Assembly (NCBI RefSeq): GCF_000734895.2
Contig: NZ_CP011382.1
Span: forward strand, 690,700 to 722,699
From: Calothrix sp. 336/3
GTDB lineage: Bacteria > Cyanobacteriota > Cyanobacteriia > Cyanobacteriales > Nostocaceae
Direction: 5' to 3'
Length of the DNA: 32,000 nucleotides
A program made the translations under genes and the position numbers. Shown one piece after another: positions 15,901 through 24,715 of this stretch. Below the pieces are notes generated by a model. That model made no database searches, was not told the DNA's origin, and saw nothing but the letters and a program-made list of their open reading frames with translations. The stretch's first letter is position 1, and the number at the start of each line of letters is the position of its first letter.

Positions 15901-18228
15901 ATGGTACAGCAACTAAATTCTTTTCCCCCCGCTTCAGTTCCAGATTCAAAAATTCCGACTTTGCGACAGTTTCATCATTTTCCCGATGATTGGCCCGATG
16001 AAAGTAGAATTGACTTGAATATTCATGATTTGCCCCATAATTCATCAACCTTAGAGTGGTGGTATGTAAATAGTCATTTCACAAGGGTTGATGGTAGAAA
16101 ATTCTCCTTATTTGCCTCCTTTTTTCGGATGATGATCAGCAAGGAGGAGGAAACAAAAGCAGCAAAATATGCCCATGCAATTATTTGGGGAATTAGTGAT
16201 GTTGAGCAAAAAAAATATTATACAGGTTCCTTACTAGATGCATCGGCTCCCGAAATTATCTTGAAAATCATTAATAGTGATAATTGTAAAGCAGATGGGA
16301 TGCTACGACGTGCTTTGCGGGAGGTATTAGAACAGGGAAAAATTCCCCAACCAGATGGCATTCTGCAAAGAGAAGTGTTAGTGAATTTGCAGAAGTTAGA
16401 GCTAGATTTTGATGGTAATCGCTTTGTCAAAATTCATGGTTGCGAGGATGAAAGAGAGTCAAATCATAGCTACCATTTGACTTTATTAGATAGGGAACAG
16501 GGGATTGAGTGTCAACTCTATTTCCATCCCCAGAAAGCAGCTGTGCGCCATGGGGATCAGGGTGTGGTGCGTGGGATTGCGGGGGAAGATATGTTTTACT
16601 ATTTTATCCCCCAGTGTCAGGTGGAAGGGATGGTAGTCATTGAGGGTGAAGCTCTTGGGATTACGGAAGGGGTAGGTTGGTATGATCATGAGTTTGGTAA
16701 GGGTGCTGCGGACACTTCCCAGTTAGATACTAAGCATGATATTGCCTGGAACTGGATATCAGCACAATTAAGTAACGGCTATCAGATAAGTGCTTTTGAC
16801 TTATTTGATCAAGAGAATCATGGTAAGAGTCATGGACGTTGGGCAGTAGTAATCGATACCAAGGGCAATTGGCAAACCTATGAAGAGTTTACCTTTCAGC
16901 CTGTGAATAGTTGGGTGAGTACACGGACTTTTAGTAGTTATCCAGTCAGATGGCAGTTGGAGATTCCCTTGGCAAATGTGAGTCTCGATATCACTGCGAC
17001 TTTTCCCAATCAGGAGTTTGTGACGATTATTTCCCGACCAGCATTTTGGGAAGGACGGGTGGATATTGTCGGGAATATTGGTGGTGAGGTAGTGGAGGGG
17101 CTAGGGTTTGTCGAGCGGACTGGTTTTGATGCGGTGGAAACCCTGGAAGGTTTTTTGCGTGCGGTGAGTCGGGAAACTCAAAAATCCATGCAGGAAATTT
17201 TGCCCCTAAATCCGACACAGGAGCAGCTGTGTCAGTTGGTAGCAAGTCCGGGGTATGAGCATTATCTGCAAGGTTTGGATACACAGCAATACTCCCAAGC
17301 GTTGATACAACCGATTCGAGAGATGAGCGATCGCGGTGGAAAATCTTGGCGTTCCTATGCTGCTCTTGTCTGTTTGCAACTTGTTGGTGGTAATTCCCAG
17401 GGATTAACCCATTGGTTAGCATGGCCCGAATTATTACACATTGGCTCTCTGATTGTTGATGATGTTGAAGATGGTTCGACTGTGCGTCGGGGGGGAGCAT
17501 CCTGTCATAGTATCTACGGGGAAGCTTTGGCAATTAATGCGGGTAATGCAAGTTACTTTTTGGGACAAATACTGTTACTGAATTCTCACCTGTCAGAGGC
17601 AGAAAAATTACAAGTCTATGAATTATATTTTACCACTTTGCGAGCTGCCCATGCAGGTCAAGCCATTGATATTCATGGTTTCCAGCACTTGATGTCTGGG
17701 ATGATTGAGCAGGGTAAGGGTGAATTGTTACAGGAAAGGGTTTTGGCAGTGCATCGCTTGAAATCGGCGGTTCCAGCTCGTTCTGTTGCGGAATTAGGCG
17801 CGATTTTAGGGGGGGGTACAAAGACTGAGATTCAAGCATTGGGGAACTTTTTTGAGTCCCTGGGGCTAGCTTTTCAAATTATCGATGATGTTCTCAATCT
17901 CAAGGGATTTGCGAATAATTTGAAATCCCAGGGGGAGGATATTTCCTGTGGCAAAATTACCCTACCCGTTGCCAAGGCAATTTCTAGATTACCTCTGCAA
18001 GAACAGCGTCTATTGTGGGAAACCATTGCAACTCAACCCAGGGAACCGGAAATTATTGCGGATGTGATTGGCAAATTAGAAAATTGTGGGGCGATCACTG
18101 CTTGTGAGCGACAAGCTGAGGAACTAGTTGAATCTGCTTGGCAACAACTTAATCCTCTATTTTCTGACTCAGATATGAAGGTAAGACTACGTGCTTTTAG
18201 CTGGTATGTTCTAGCTCGCCATTATTAG
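15901..18228 (+). CDS. fusion protein: N-terminal AttH/CrtC-like (lipocalin-like, carotenoid-hydratase family) domain plus C-terminal polyprenyl (GGPP-type) synthase domain
   Basis: The N-terminal half carries LEWWYVNSHFTRVDGRKFSLFASFFR and GVGWYDHEFG, which are AttH/CrtC hallmarks. The C-terminal half carries LHIGSLIVDDVEDGSTVRRGGASCHSIYGEALAINAGNASYFLG (first Asp-rich motif), AHAGQAIDI, LGLAFQIIDDVLNL (second Asp-rich motif) and EDISCGKITLP. It is collinear with eukaryote-type GGPP synthases. Confidence 0.85.
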   Translation: MVQQLNSFPPASVPDSKIPTLRQFHHFPDDWPDESRIDLNIHDLPHNSSTLEWWYVNSHFTRVDGRKFSLFASFFRMMISKEEETKAAKYAHAIIWGISDVEQKKYYTGSLLDASAPEIILKIINSDNCKADGMLRRALREVLEQGKIPQPDGILQREVLVNLQKLELDFDGNRFVKIHGCEDERESNHSYHLTLLDREQGIECQLYFHPQKAAVRHGDQGVVRGIAGEDMFYYFIPQCQVEGMVVIEGEALGITEGVGWYDHEFGKGAADTSQLDTKHDIAWNWISAQLSNGYQISAFDLFDQENHGKSHGRWAVVIDTKGNWQTYEEFTFQPVNSWVSTRTFSSYPVRWQLEIPLANVSLDITATFPNQEFVTIISRPAFWEGRVDIVGNIGGEVVEGLGFVERTGFDAVETLEGFLRAVSRETQKSMQEILPLNPTQEQLCQLVASPGYEHYLQGLDTQQYSQALIQPIREMSDRGGKSWRSYAALVCLQLVGGNSQGLTHWLAWPELLHIGSLIVDDVEDGSTVRRGGASCHSIYGEALAINAGNASYFLGQILLLNSHLSEAEKLQVYELYFTTLRAAHAGQAIDIHGFQHLMSGMIEQGKGELLQERVLAVHRLKSAVPARSVAELGAILGGGTKTEIQALGNFFESLGLAFQIIDDVLNLKGFANNLKSQGEDISCGKITLPVAKAISRLPLQEQRLLWETIATQPREPEIIADVIGKLENCGAITACERQAEELVESAWQQLNPLFSDSDMKVRLRAFSWYVLARHY

Positions 18229-18386
18229 TAGTCGTTTCATTACTGATGTTGATAAATTCCCAACTTTTTGAAAAAAGCTAGGGTTTTAATGTGGTGCGTT
18301 ATCAAGTTCTACTGAGGTTTTGGACTTGGTACATTTTCAAGAATTAAAAATTCATGCAGCATCTTTTCTTTTAAAAAATAATCCAT

Positions 18387-18442
18387 TCCTCACTCCTCAC
18401 TCCTTACTCATTGTCCCTTACTCCTTACTCCTCACTCATTAC
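18387..18442. repeat. heptanucleotide STRR-like tract, 8 units (TCCTCAC/TCCTTAC/TCATTAC)
   Basis: Read directly. The tract ends 5 nt before the ATG at 18448. Confidence 0.85.
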
Positions 18443-18447
18443 TAACT

Positions 18448-19581
18448 ATGAAAATAGATATCCTATATTTTGATGCTGGTTCGGGACATCGTTCTGCGGC
18501 AATGGGATTAAAATCGGCTTTGCTACAAGAGCGTAATGACTGGCAGGTGAGAGCAGTTAATATTGTGGATATTTTTGATGTTCATCCCCGATGTAGTCGT
18601 ACTGTTCGTAGGGGAATTGACCATTTTAATGGACAATTGCAAAGGGAAAAAGTCTTTGACCTGAAGGGTTTAATTAATCTGTCTTTATTATTTCATGATT
18701 TGTTATCTGTGCGAGATATCAAACAAATCAGTCAGTTTTGGGCAGAATCTCCTGTTGATGCAGTGGTGTCAGTCACTCCCATATATAATCCAGTGTTGTA
18801 TCGTAGTGTCCGTCTGATTAAACCAGAGACGATTTGTGTGACGATTCCCGTTGATTTTGCAGAGGTAAAACCACGGTATTGGTTCACCCCCAAGGTAGAG
18901 CAGTATTATTTAAATGGTACAGAAATGTTATGGCAACAAGCAAAAAAAGCCAAGATTGCAGATGAGTTTAATCATCGCATTTCTGGAATGATTATTGAAC
19001 CAGAATGTTATGAAAATTCACCGATTAATATTTACGACGAAATTACCAAGTTAGGACTTGATCCCACCTTACCAACGGGTTTAGTTTCCTTCGGAGGACA
19101 GGGTTCTATATTGCTTTCTCAAATTGCCCATGAGTTAGTTAAATCTCCTGTTCCAGTCAATATGATTTTCCTCTGTGGGCGCAATCAAGCTGTATTTGAG
19201 GAATTAAATAATTTACCGACACCCTATAATAAATTGGTTTTAAGTTATCTCAAAGAAACACCAATTAAATACTTACAACTTGCAGACTTTGCCATTGGGA
19301 AACCGGGAGCCATGACGATTACCGAATCGATGATAGTTGGTGTTCCCCTAATTATGCTGAAAAGTCGAGGTTTACGACCAGTGCAAAGGGATAATGAGGC
19401 ATGGGTAATCGAGCATGGTGTGGGCAAGATTGTCGATCGCCCTAAAAATGTCCCAGCTGCGATCGTCACTGTTCTCAATTCTCCTACCTATCGCCAAAAC
19501 GCCCAAAACCAATACCATCGAGGAGTATTTGAAGCTGCCAAAATTTTGCGATCGCTCGTGGAAGGAAAGAGTCATAAGTAG
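18448..19581 (+). CDS. MGDG-synthase-like / GT28-family glycosyltransferase
   Basis: N-terminus KIDILYFDAGSGHRSAAMGL (MGDG_synth/MurG-like) and the C-terminal GT-B nucleotide-sugar motif GKPGAMTITESMIVGVPLIM. Confidence 0.75.
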   Translation: MKIDILYFDAGSGHRSAAMGLKSALLQERNDWQVRAVNIVDIFDVHPRCSRTVRRGIDHFNGQLQREKVFDLKGLINLSLLFHDLLSVRDIKQISQFWAESPVDAVVSVTPIYNPVLYRSVRLIKPETICVTIPVDFAEVKPRYWFTPKVEQYYLNGTEMLWQQAKKAKIADEFNHRISGMIIEPECYENSPINIYDEITKLGLDPTLPTGLVSFGGQGSILLSQIAHELVKSPVPVNMIFLCGRNQAVFEELNNLPTPYNKLVLSYLKETPIKYLQLADFAIGKPGAMTITESMIVGVPLIMLKSRGLRPVQRDNEAWVIEHGVGKIVDRPKNVPAAIVTVLNSPTYRQNAQNQYHRGVFEAAKILRSLVEGKSHK

Positions 19582-19830
19582 AGGCGCTTTGCGACTCAGT
19601 TCTCCAGAAGGGAGAAGGGAACAGGAGACTATATCGTGTCTGTAATCAATGATGATTTTTGACCTTTCTCTCATCCCATACTAGCTCCCCTATAATCCAC
19701 TAAATACACTATTTGCTTACTATGATGCAAGTATAGTGAGTCCAGTTGGTCGATGTAACGCTATGGTGGAAGAAATTATAATGTTATAATCACTTAGAAT
19801 CGTGACCTACAATCTCTAAAATCTACTGTT

Positions 19831-20244
19831 GTGTCAGCGAAAGATATATTCCACAATGCGGCAAGATCTGCTTTAGAGAATGATGGCTGGACAGTTACAG
19901 AGCCATTATATTTAAGGTTAGGAGACGACCAGTTACGAATAGATTTGGCTGCTGAACGTATAATCACAGCAGAGCGCGCGCAAGAAAAAATAGCAGTAGA
20001 AGTAAAGAGTTTTCTAGGAGCATCGGCGATTACAGATTTCCATACAGCGTTAGGGCAATTTCTTAACTATAGGGCAGTACTACGTATACAACAGCCAGAG
20101 CGTCAACTATATTTGGCTGTGACAACAGAAATATATCGAACTTTTTTTCGTAGAGATTTACCCAAATTAAGTGTTCAAACTTACCAAATAAAATTATTAA
20201 TATTCGATCCAGTAACTGAGGTGATTGAACAATGGATAAATTAA
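19831..20244 (+). CDS. xisH: XisH family protein (fdxN-element excision controlling factor homolog)
   Basis: (GTG)SAKDIFHNAARSALENDGWTVT...IDLAAERIITAERAQEKIAVEVKSF...QWIN is collinear with XisH as I remember it. Confidence 0.9.
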   Translation: MSAKDIFHNAARSALENDGWTVTEPLYLRLGDDQLRIDLAAERIITAERAQEKIAVEVKSFLGASAITDFHTALGQFLNYRAVLRIQQPERQLYLAVTTEIYRTFFRRDLPKLSVQTYQIKLLIFDPVTEVIEQWIN

Positions 20245-20567
20245 ATCACTACCGTCAACTGATTCGTGAATGCCTGTTACCATATTTGGAAATGAAACCA
20301 TCAGGTGGAGAAATAGAAGTTTATAAAATGTTTGATACTGAGGACGACCACTATCAAATATTTCATGCTGGTTGGGATGGTTTTCAAAGAATATATGGTG
20401 CCGTGATACACATAGATATAATTGATGATAAGATTTGGATTCAATACGATGGCACAGAAGATGGTGTTGCGAATACTTTAGTGGAATTAGGTGTACCCAA
20501 GCAAGATATTGTATTAGCTTATCACTCAGCTTTTTTGCGCCAATATGATGGGTTTGCCGTTAGATAA
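20232..20567 (+). CDS. xisI: XisI family protein
   Basis: MDKLNHYRQLIRECLLPY...GEIEVYKMFDTEDDHYQIFHAGWDG...KIWIQYDGTEDGVANTLVELGVPKQDIVLAY. It overlaps xisH by 13 nt. Confidence 0.9.
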   Translation: MDKLNHYRQLIRECLLPYLEMKPSGGEIEVYKMFDTEDDHYQIFHAGWDGFQRIYGAVIHIDIIDDKIWIQYDGTEDGVANTLVELGVPKQDIVLAYHSAFLRQYDGFAVR

Positions 20568-20593
20568 GTAATCAGTAATGAGTAGTTTGTAGG

Positions 20594-20618
20594 ATGGGTT
20601 ACGCTACTGCTAACCCAT
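20594..20618. repeat. perfect 8-bp stem hairpin (atgggtta / taacccat, 9-nt loop), with gtagg ... cctac lying outside it
   Basis: Read directly. It lies between the convergent genes xisI and chlB and resembles the GTAGG-TGGGTT...AACCCA-CCTAC palindromic repeats common in Nostocales intergenic regions (recalled from memory). Confidence 0.4.
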
Positions 20619-20838
20619 GCGGGCGTTAGATTTCATACTTCAACCGAACCTACCCCATCTTAGTATTTAATCCACCCGGCTACTTAGTTTGGCGAATCGG
20701 TGAGTAATATTGCCACAGTCACACCTGAAAAACCGTACAACAAATAGTAATACTGAGCAGTTCGACGAGTTCACTATGCCACCTGTCGAGATGCTCAGTA
20801 CAAGTTTTGAATTTTTAATTTTCCCACAGGGGTGGGTA

Positions 20839-22365
20839 CTAGGCTCCTACAGCTTCTTTGGCTGCGTAAAGAACTTCAGCGCTAATTTCCTGGAATCCGC
20901 GTTCACGGGCAAATTTTTCGGTGTTGCGCTTGACTTTACCACGGACAAAACCGGGGATTTTATTCAATTCTGCCAAACCATCCTTTGTCCAACCCAAGTC
21001 AGAACCAGCAGAAATCCCCTTAGTAATGACTTCCTTGGTATCATGTCCGCCAAAGATTTCTAACAGATGGTCTTCCATTCCTAAGGTAAAGGAATTGTAT
21101 ACTAAATCCACAACTTGGTTTGTACCTTCATAGCCCAGGAAGGGTTTATAACCGATGGGGAAGTTTTGAATGTGGATAGGTGCAGCGATGACACCACAGG
21201 GAATATCTAGACGTTTGCCGACGTGACGTTCCATCTGAGTGCCAAAAATTGCTGAGGGTTCCACACGGGCGATCGCGTCCCCAATTGCCCCATGATCGTC
21301 TGTAATAATTACTTCATCACAATACTCACTTACCTGCTCCCGGAACCAATCACCATCATACTTGCAGTAGGTTCCTGCCCAAACCACATGAATTCCCATT
21401 TCCCGCGCTAAAATCTTGGTCATGGCTGCGGCGTGGGTATTGTCACCAAAGACAACTGCCTTTTTCCCTGTCAGGTTTTGGCAGTCGATGGAGCGGGAAA
21501 ACCAAGCTGCTTGGGAAACGTGCAAGGTTTGCTGATTAATAAATTCTTCGTAATCAACTTCTGCACCTTGAGCATTAATTACCTGCTGAATCTTCCGCAC
21601 ACACCGAGCCGTTTCTACTACACCCATGGGTGTGATATCTACCCAAGGCGTACCAAATTCTGCTTCTAAATACTGAACTGTCATCAAACCCAGTTCCCGG
21701 TAAGGACAAAGGTTAAACCAAGCACGGGGTAAATTCTTTAAATCATGGACAGAGGCAGCATCAGGAATGACTGCGTTCACTTCAATACCTAAGTCTGCCA
21801 TCAACCGCTTTAACTCAGTGCAGTCATGCTGATTGTGGAAACCCAGACTGGAAATACCAATAATATTCACCGAAGGTTTTTCGCTTTTCCCCTGGGGAAG
21901 TTCGCCTTTCTTCCGTGCTTTCTCGATATAGTACTGTACTATTTGATGTAATGTGCGGTCGGCAGCTTGCAACTCATTCACACGGTAATGGTTGACATCA
22001 GCTAACATGACATCACCCTTCGCTTCTAATTGTGCCCGTTCGACGAAGTTGGCGAGGTCTTCTTGCAAGATACTAGAAGTACAGGTGGGGGTGAGAATAA
22101 TTAGGTCAGGAGTTTCTTCCTTATCCTTACGGGTAATATTATCTACCACCTTTTCCTGGGAGCCACGAGCCAAAACATGGCGATCGACGACACTGGTAGT
22201 TACTGGTGTAAAGTTCCGCTCTCTTTCCAACATGGAGCGCATAACGTTAAAATAATCATCGCCAAGGGGCGCGTGCATAATGGCGTGAACATTTTTAAAA
22301 GAGCTGGCGATTCGTAGAGTGCCAATGTGAGCAGGACCAGCATACATCCAGTAAGCCAATTTCAT
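20839..22365 (-). CDS. chlB: light-independent protochlorophyllide reductase subunit B
   Basis: [58 protein letters not shown]... is the canonical ChlB sequence; 508 aa. Confidence 0.97.
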   Translation of the reverse strand: MKLAYWMYAGPAHIGTLRIASSFKNVHAIMHAPLGDDYFNVMRSMLERERNFTPVTTSVVDRHVLARGSQEKVVDNITRKDKEETPDLIILTPTCTSSILQEDLANFVERAQLEAKGDVMLADVNHYRVNELQAADRTLHQIVQYYIEKARKKGELPQGKSEKPSVNIIGISSLGFHNQHDCTELKRLMADLGIEVNAVIPDAASVHDLKNLPRAWFNLCPYRELGLMTVQYLEAEFGTPWVDITPMGVVETARCVRKIQQVINAQGAEVDYEEFINQQTLHVSQAAWFSRSIDCQNLTGKKAVVFGDNTHAAAMTKILAREMGIHVVWAGTYCKYDGDWFREQVSEYCDEVIITDDHGAIGDAIARVEPSAIFGTQMERHVGKRLDIPCGVIAAPIHIQNFPIGYKPFLGYEGTNQVVDLVYNSFTLGMEDHLLEIFGGHDTKEVITKGISAGSDLGWTKDGLAELNKIPGFVRGKVKRNTEKFARERGFQEISAEVLYAAKEAVGA

Positions 22366-22667
22366 TCTGGTTCTCCCTGTGCTTGAGGTGGACAGTTTTC
22401 CTGGGGGAAGGGTGAAAGATGGGGTCTTTTCCCCTTAACCAAGTTCGATTGAGGTGCTTGCTTTTTGATTCTCTCAAAGCTTACAGGACATCAAAAGTAG
22501 GGTGTTTTTCCTGAGAATGGTGTTCATAATCCTGGGAATGATTATGGTGTAAGGAATTCAGCCTGTAAATACCCCTAGGAGCGTGTTTTAAAGTTATAGA
22601 ATTCTTAAAGTTTCGCAAACTTGGTCAACCAGTACCAAAATGATTTATAAAGTAAAACTTAAATTTT

Positions 22668-22754
22668 AGGGTGTGTTTTGGCAACGGTGATTATTCTGCG
22701 TTACGGCAATTGATACTGTGACTCAGACTCAAATCCTCACACGTAACACACCCT
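22668..22754. repeat. long-range inverted repeat (10-bp arms agggtgtgtt / aacacaccct, about 67-nt spacer)
   Basis: Arms at 22668-22677 and 22745-22754, read directly. It lies between the stop of the HDO-cupin gene and the chlB upstream region. Confidence 0.45.
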
Positions 22755-22791
22755 TGTATATTTACTGGATAAATAGGCTCTCAAATTAGTA

Positions 22792-24000
22792 TCACGTTGA
22801 TTTATTGCTATTCATCCGAGTTTGGCGATCGTAGTTACCCAACACTTTTGATGTGAGTCCAAAATCGGTGACAGCTAGAATTTTCATTTCGATATCGCCA
22901 GTATTTTGTGACTGGTGAATACACCATCGGGGAATAAACACCACATCTCCAGCAACCACTGAAATTAATTCATGGTCTATAAGTACTTGACCAGAACCTT
23001 GCAGGATATAAAATAGCGTTTCATGGGCATGGCGGTGCTTTTCATTATTTTTACCCGCAGGAATACTCACAAGCCGGGGATCTAAAACTTGGGTTGTGGG
23101 GAAGGAGAATCCGGCGACGGCAAACTCAATATTCAGATGAGGTACAGTATTATTATAGATTTTAGTCTCAGCTTGGGTAATATTACCCTTTAAATTACTA
23201 ATATCTCCTACTTGTTGCGCGAGAGATTTACGGTTTTTAATTGTACTAACTAGGGATGAATTAAAGCCTCCTGTTATCTGTTCATAGAGAGATTCAAAAA
23301 AATTAGCACGAGCGATTAAAGCGCGATCGCTAGCTTGTAGGCAAGTATCAAACCATTCTGGTATATCTTGGTAAGAACACATCATTTCTGTGAGAGTGGC
23401 TGCGTGTTCGTCATCACAACCGATGTGGATATGGAAAAATTCCAGTTCACTATCTGCAAACCCAGCTTGTCGCATTCCTGTTACCATAATTTGATACATA
23501 CGAGAGACAATCCCCTCTGTCCCTAGGGATAGCCATGCACAACCCCATAGTGGATCCGCTTGGATAGTATTTTGCAGATATAAATCGACAAATTCTTGAG
23601 TGAAGCTTTTAAATTTAATCTGAGTCAAATCATTGATAAACAGAGAGTTTTTCATAAAATTCCGAAAAATTTCGGCATGACTGACTCCACCATTTTCCCC
23701 ACTTTCTTCCCAGAGATTTTGAGTGAGTTTGGCACGAAATTGATCGCGATCGCAATTAGCCATGACTCCCGCAACATAGCGAGTAAAGTTTTTAGAATAG
23801 AGATAATACTGGGAAAAAATTTCGATAAAATCCTGTTTGGTTAATTCTCCTTGCAGACAAGCAGTGAAGAAACGATTTTGCCAAAAAGGATGATTCTCTA
23901 CAAAACTATGGAGTTTGTCTAATTGATGGTTGGTTTGCTCTGTAGTATTGAGTGAGGTTGACAGATGTAACATAAAATTTCTAGCTCCAAAATTTTCCAA
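22792..24000 (-). CDS. heme-oxygenase-like diiron oxidase (HDO) domain fused to a C-terminal cupin domain
   Basis: HDO ligand pattern NLWEESGENGGVSHAEIF (E...H), LGTEGIV (E) and HIHIGCDDEHA (H-x3-D-x2-H). Cupin motifs HRHAHETLFYILQGSG and GDVVFIPRWCIHQSQNTG. The track start is TTG 24000; ATG 23973 is the alternative. Confidence 0.75.
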   Translation of the reverse strand: MENFGARNFMLHLSTSLNTTEQTNHQLDKLHSFVENHPFWQNRFFTACLQGELTKQDFIEIFSQYYLYSKNFTRYVAGVMANCDRDQFRAKLTQNLWEESGENGGVSHAEIFRNFMKNSLFINDLTQIKFKSFTQEFVDLYLQNTIQADPLWGCAWLSLGTEGIVSRMYQIMVTGMRQAGFADSELEFFHIHIGCDDEHAATLTEMMCSYQDIPEWFDTCLQASDRALIARANFFESLYEQITGGFNSSLVSTIKNRKSLAQQVGDISNLKGNITQAETKIYNNTVPHLNIEFAVAGFSFPTTQVLDPRLVSIPAGKNNEKHRHAHETLFYILQGSGQVLIDHELISVVAGDVVFIPRWCIHQSQNTGDIEMKILAVTDFGLTSKVLGNYDRQTRMNSNKST

Positions 24001-24148
24001 ATTTTTTCAAGGTTTTCAAATAGCACGATTTTTTTGCACACCTGTAACTGTGAGAGATAGTGAATTATCCTCGCTCTCCCAAATATCTGATTTTTCTTGA
24101 GTAATACCAATTTGAAAAAACAATACGACACATGAAACCCCTCCCCAA

Positions 24149-24170
24149 CCCTCCCCGAAATCGGGGAGGG
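24149..24170. repeat. perfect hairpin ccctccccg-aaat-cggggaggg inside a G/C-tract repeat element
   Basis: 9-bp stem and 4-nt loop, read directly. It is flanked by cccctccccaa and ggcgggtggggt tracts, typical of cyanobacterial intergenic repeat elements. Confidence 0.6.
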
Positions 24171-24715
24171 TGCCCGATAGGGCGGGTGGGGTATCTCCCG
24201 TAAACATTTTTTGAATCGGTATAAGTTAGCAACATCAGCCGTAAAATCACTTATTCTCAAAGTATTTTTACTTCCATATGCCGTTACATGGGTTTTTGCG
24301 TGGTTACTTACCTATACCTATGTATCTCTAGTACCGGATGGGGGTATGCATTTTTTGGAGTACCCCATATACCAGGCACGATATCAGCGAAAAAGCTTTG
24401 GTTTAACGTTGTTTAGCGCCCATATTCCAGGAAGACGCACCAGGGAAAAGCCAAAAATCATTTCGGAAGTCAGGGAATTTTAGGATAGTAAAAACCGCAA
24501 TAACGGTGGTATGAATCCGTCATAAGTCTGGTGACAAAGTACTTTGTTTCCGGATTCAACTTCCGTAATCACCGATAGTAACAATTAAGGGTGGGCAAAA
24601 TTCGCCGATAGATATAACCCTAACCTTGGCGATCGCCCATAACAAGAGATACCATCCTTTGGTAAGAAACCCCTTGGCTTCACAACCGACTATCTTTTAT
24701 ATGTGTTTTACAAAA

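Noticed and set aside
17027-17533. 168-aa minus-strand ORF, plus other antisense ORFs inside the 775-aa fusion gene (16218-16430, 16486-16689, 17630-17839)
   Set aside because: They are embedded in a strongly supported plus-strand CDS with recognisable motifs. The antisense translations are Pro/His/Gln-rich with no family features.
19777-19790. Two TATAAT boxes upstream of xisH as a promoter call
   Set aside because: They are plausible -10 elements, but I found no acceptable -35 at 17 +/- 1 nt, and AT-rich hexamers are common in this region. I did not list them as a feature.
20710-21063. 117-aa plus-strand ORF overlapping the chlB 3' end (and ORFs 20921-21133, 21433-21669, 21992-22255, 22295-22477)
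   Set aside because: All overlap the unmistakable chlB CDS or its 5' leader, and none has supporting motifs.
23919-24483. Several overlapping 60-113-aa ORFs on both strands (23919-24260, 24016-24207, 24065-24250, 24211-24483)
   Set aside because: They mutually overlap and span the G/C-tract hairpin repeat element. Their composition is not coding-like and they have no RBS. The region is treated as non-coding.
24548-24566. Possible att-site remnant (cggattcaac against the tRNA-Pro T-arm gggattcgaac)
   Set aside because: The similarity is only about 10 of 12 nt, no integrase or island genes lie between the two copies, and the match is within chance expectation.
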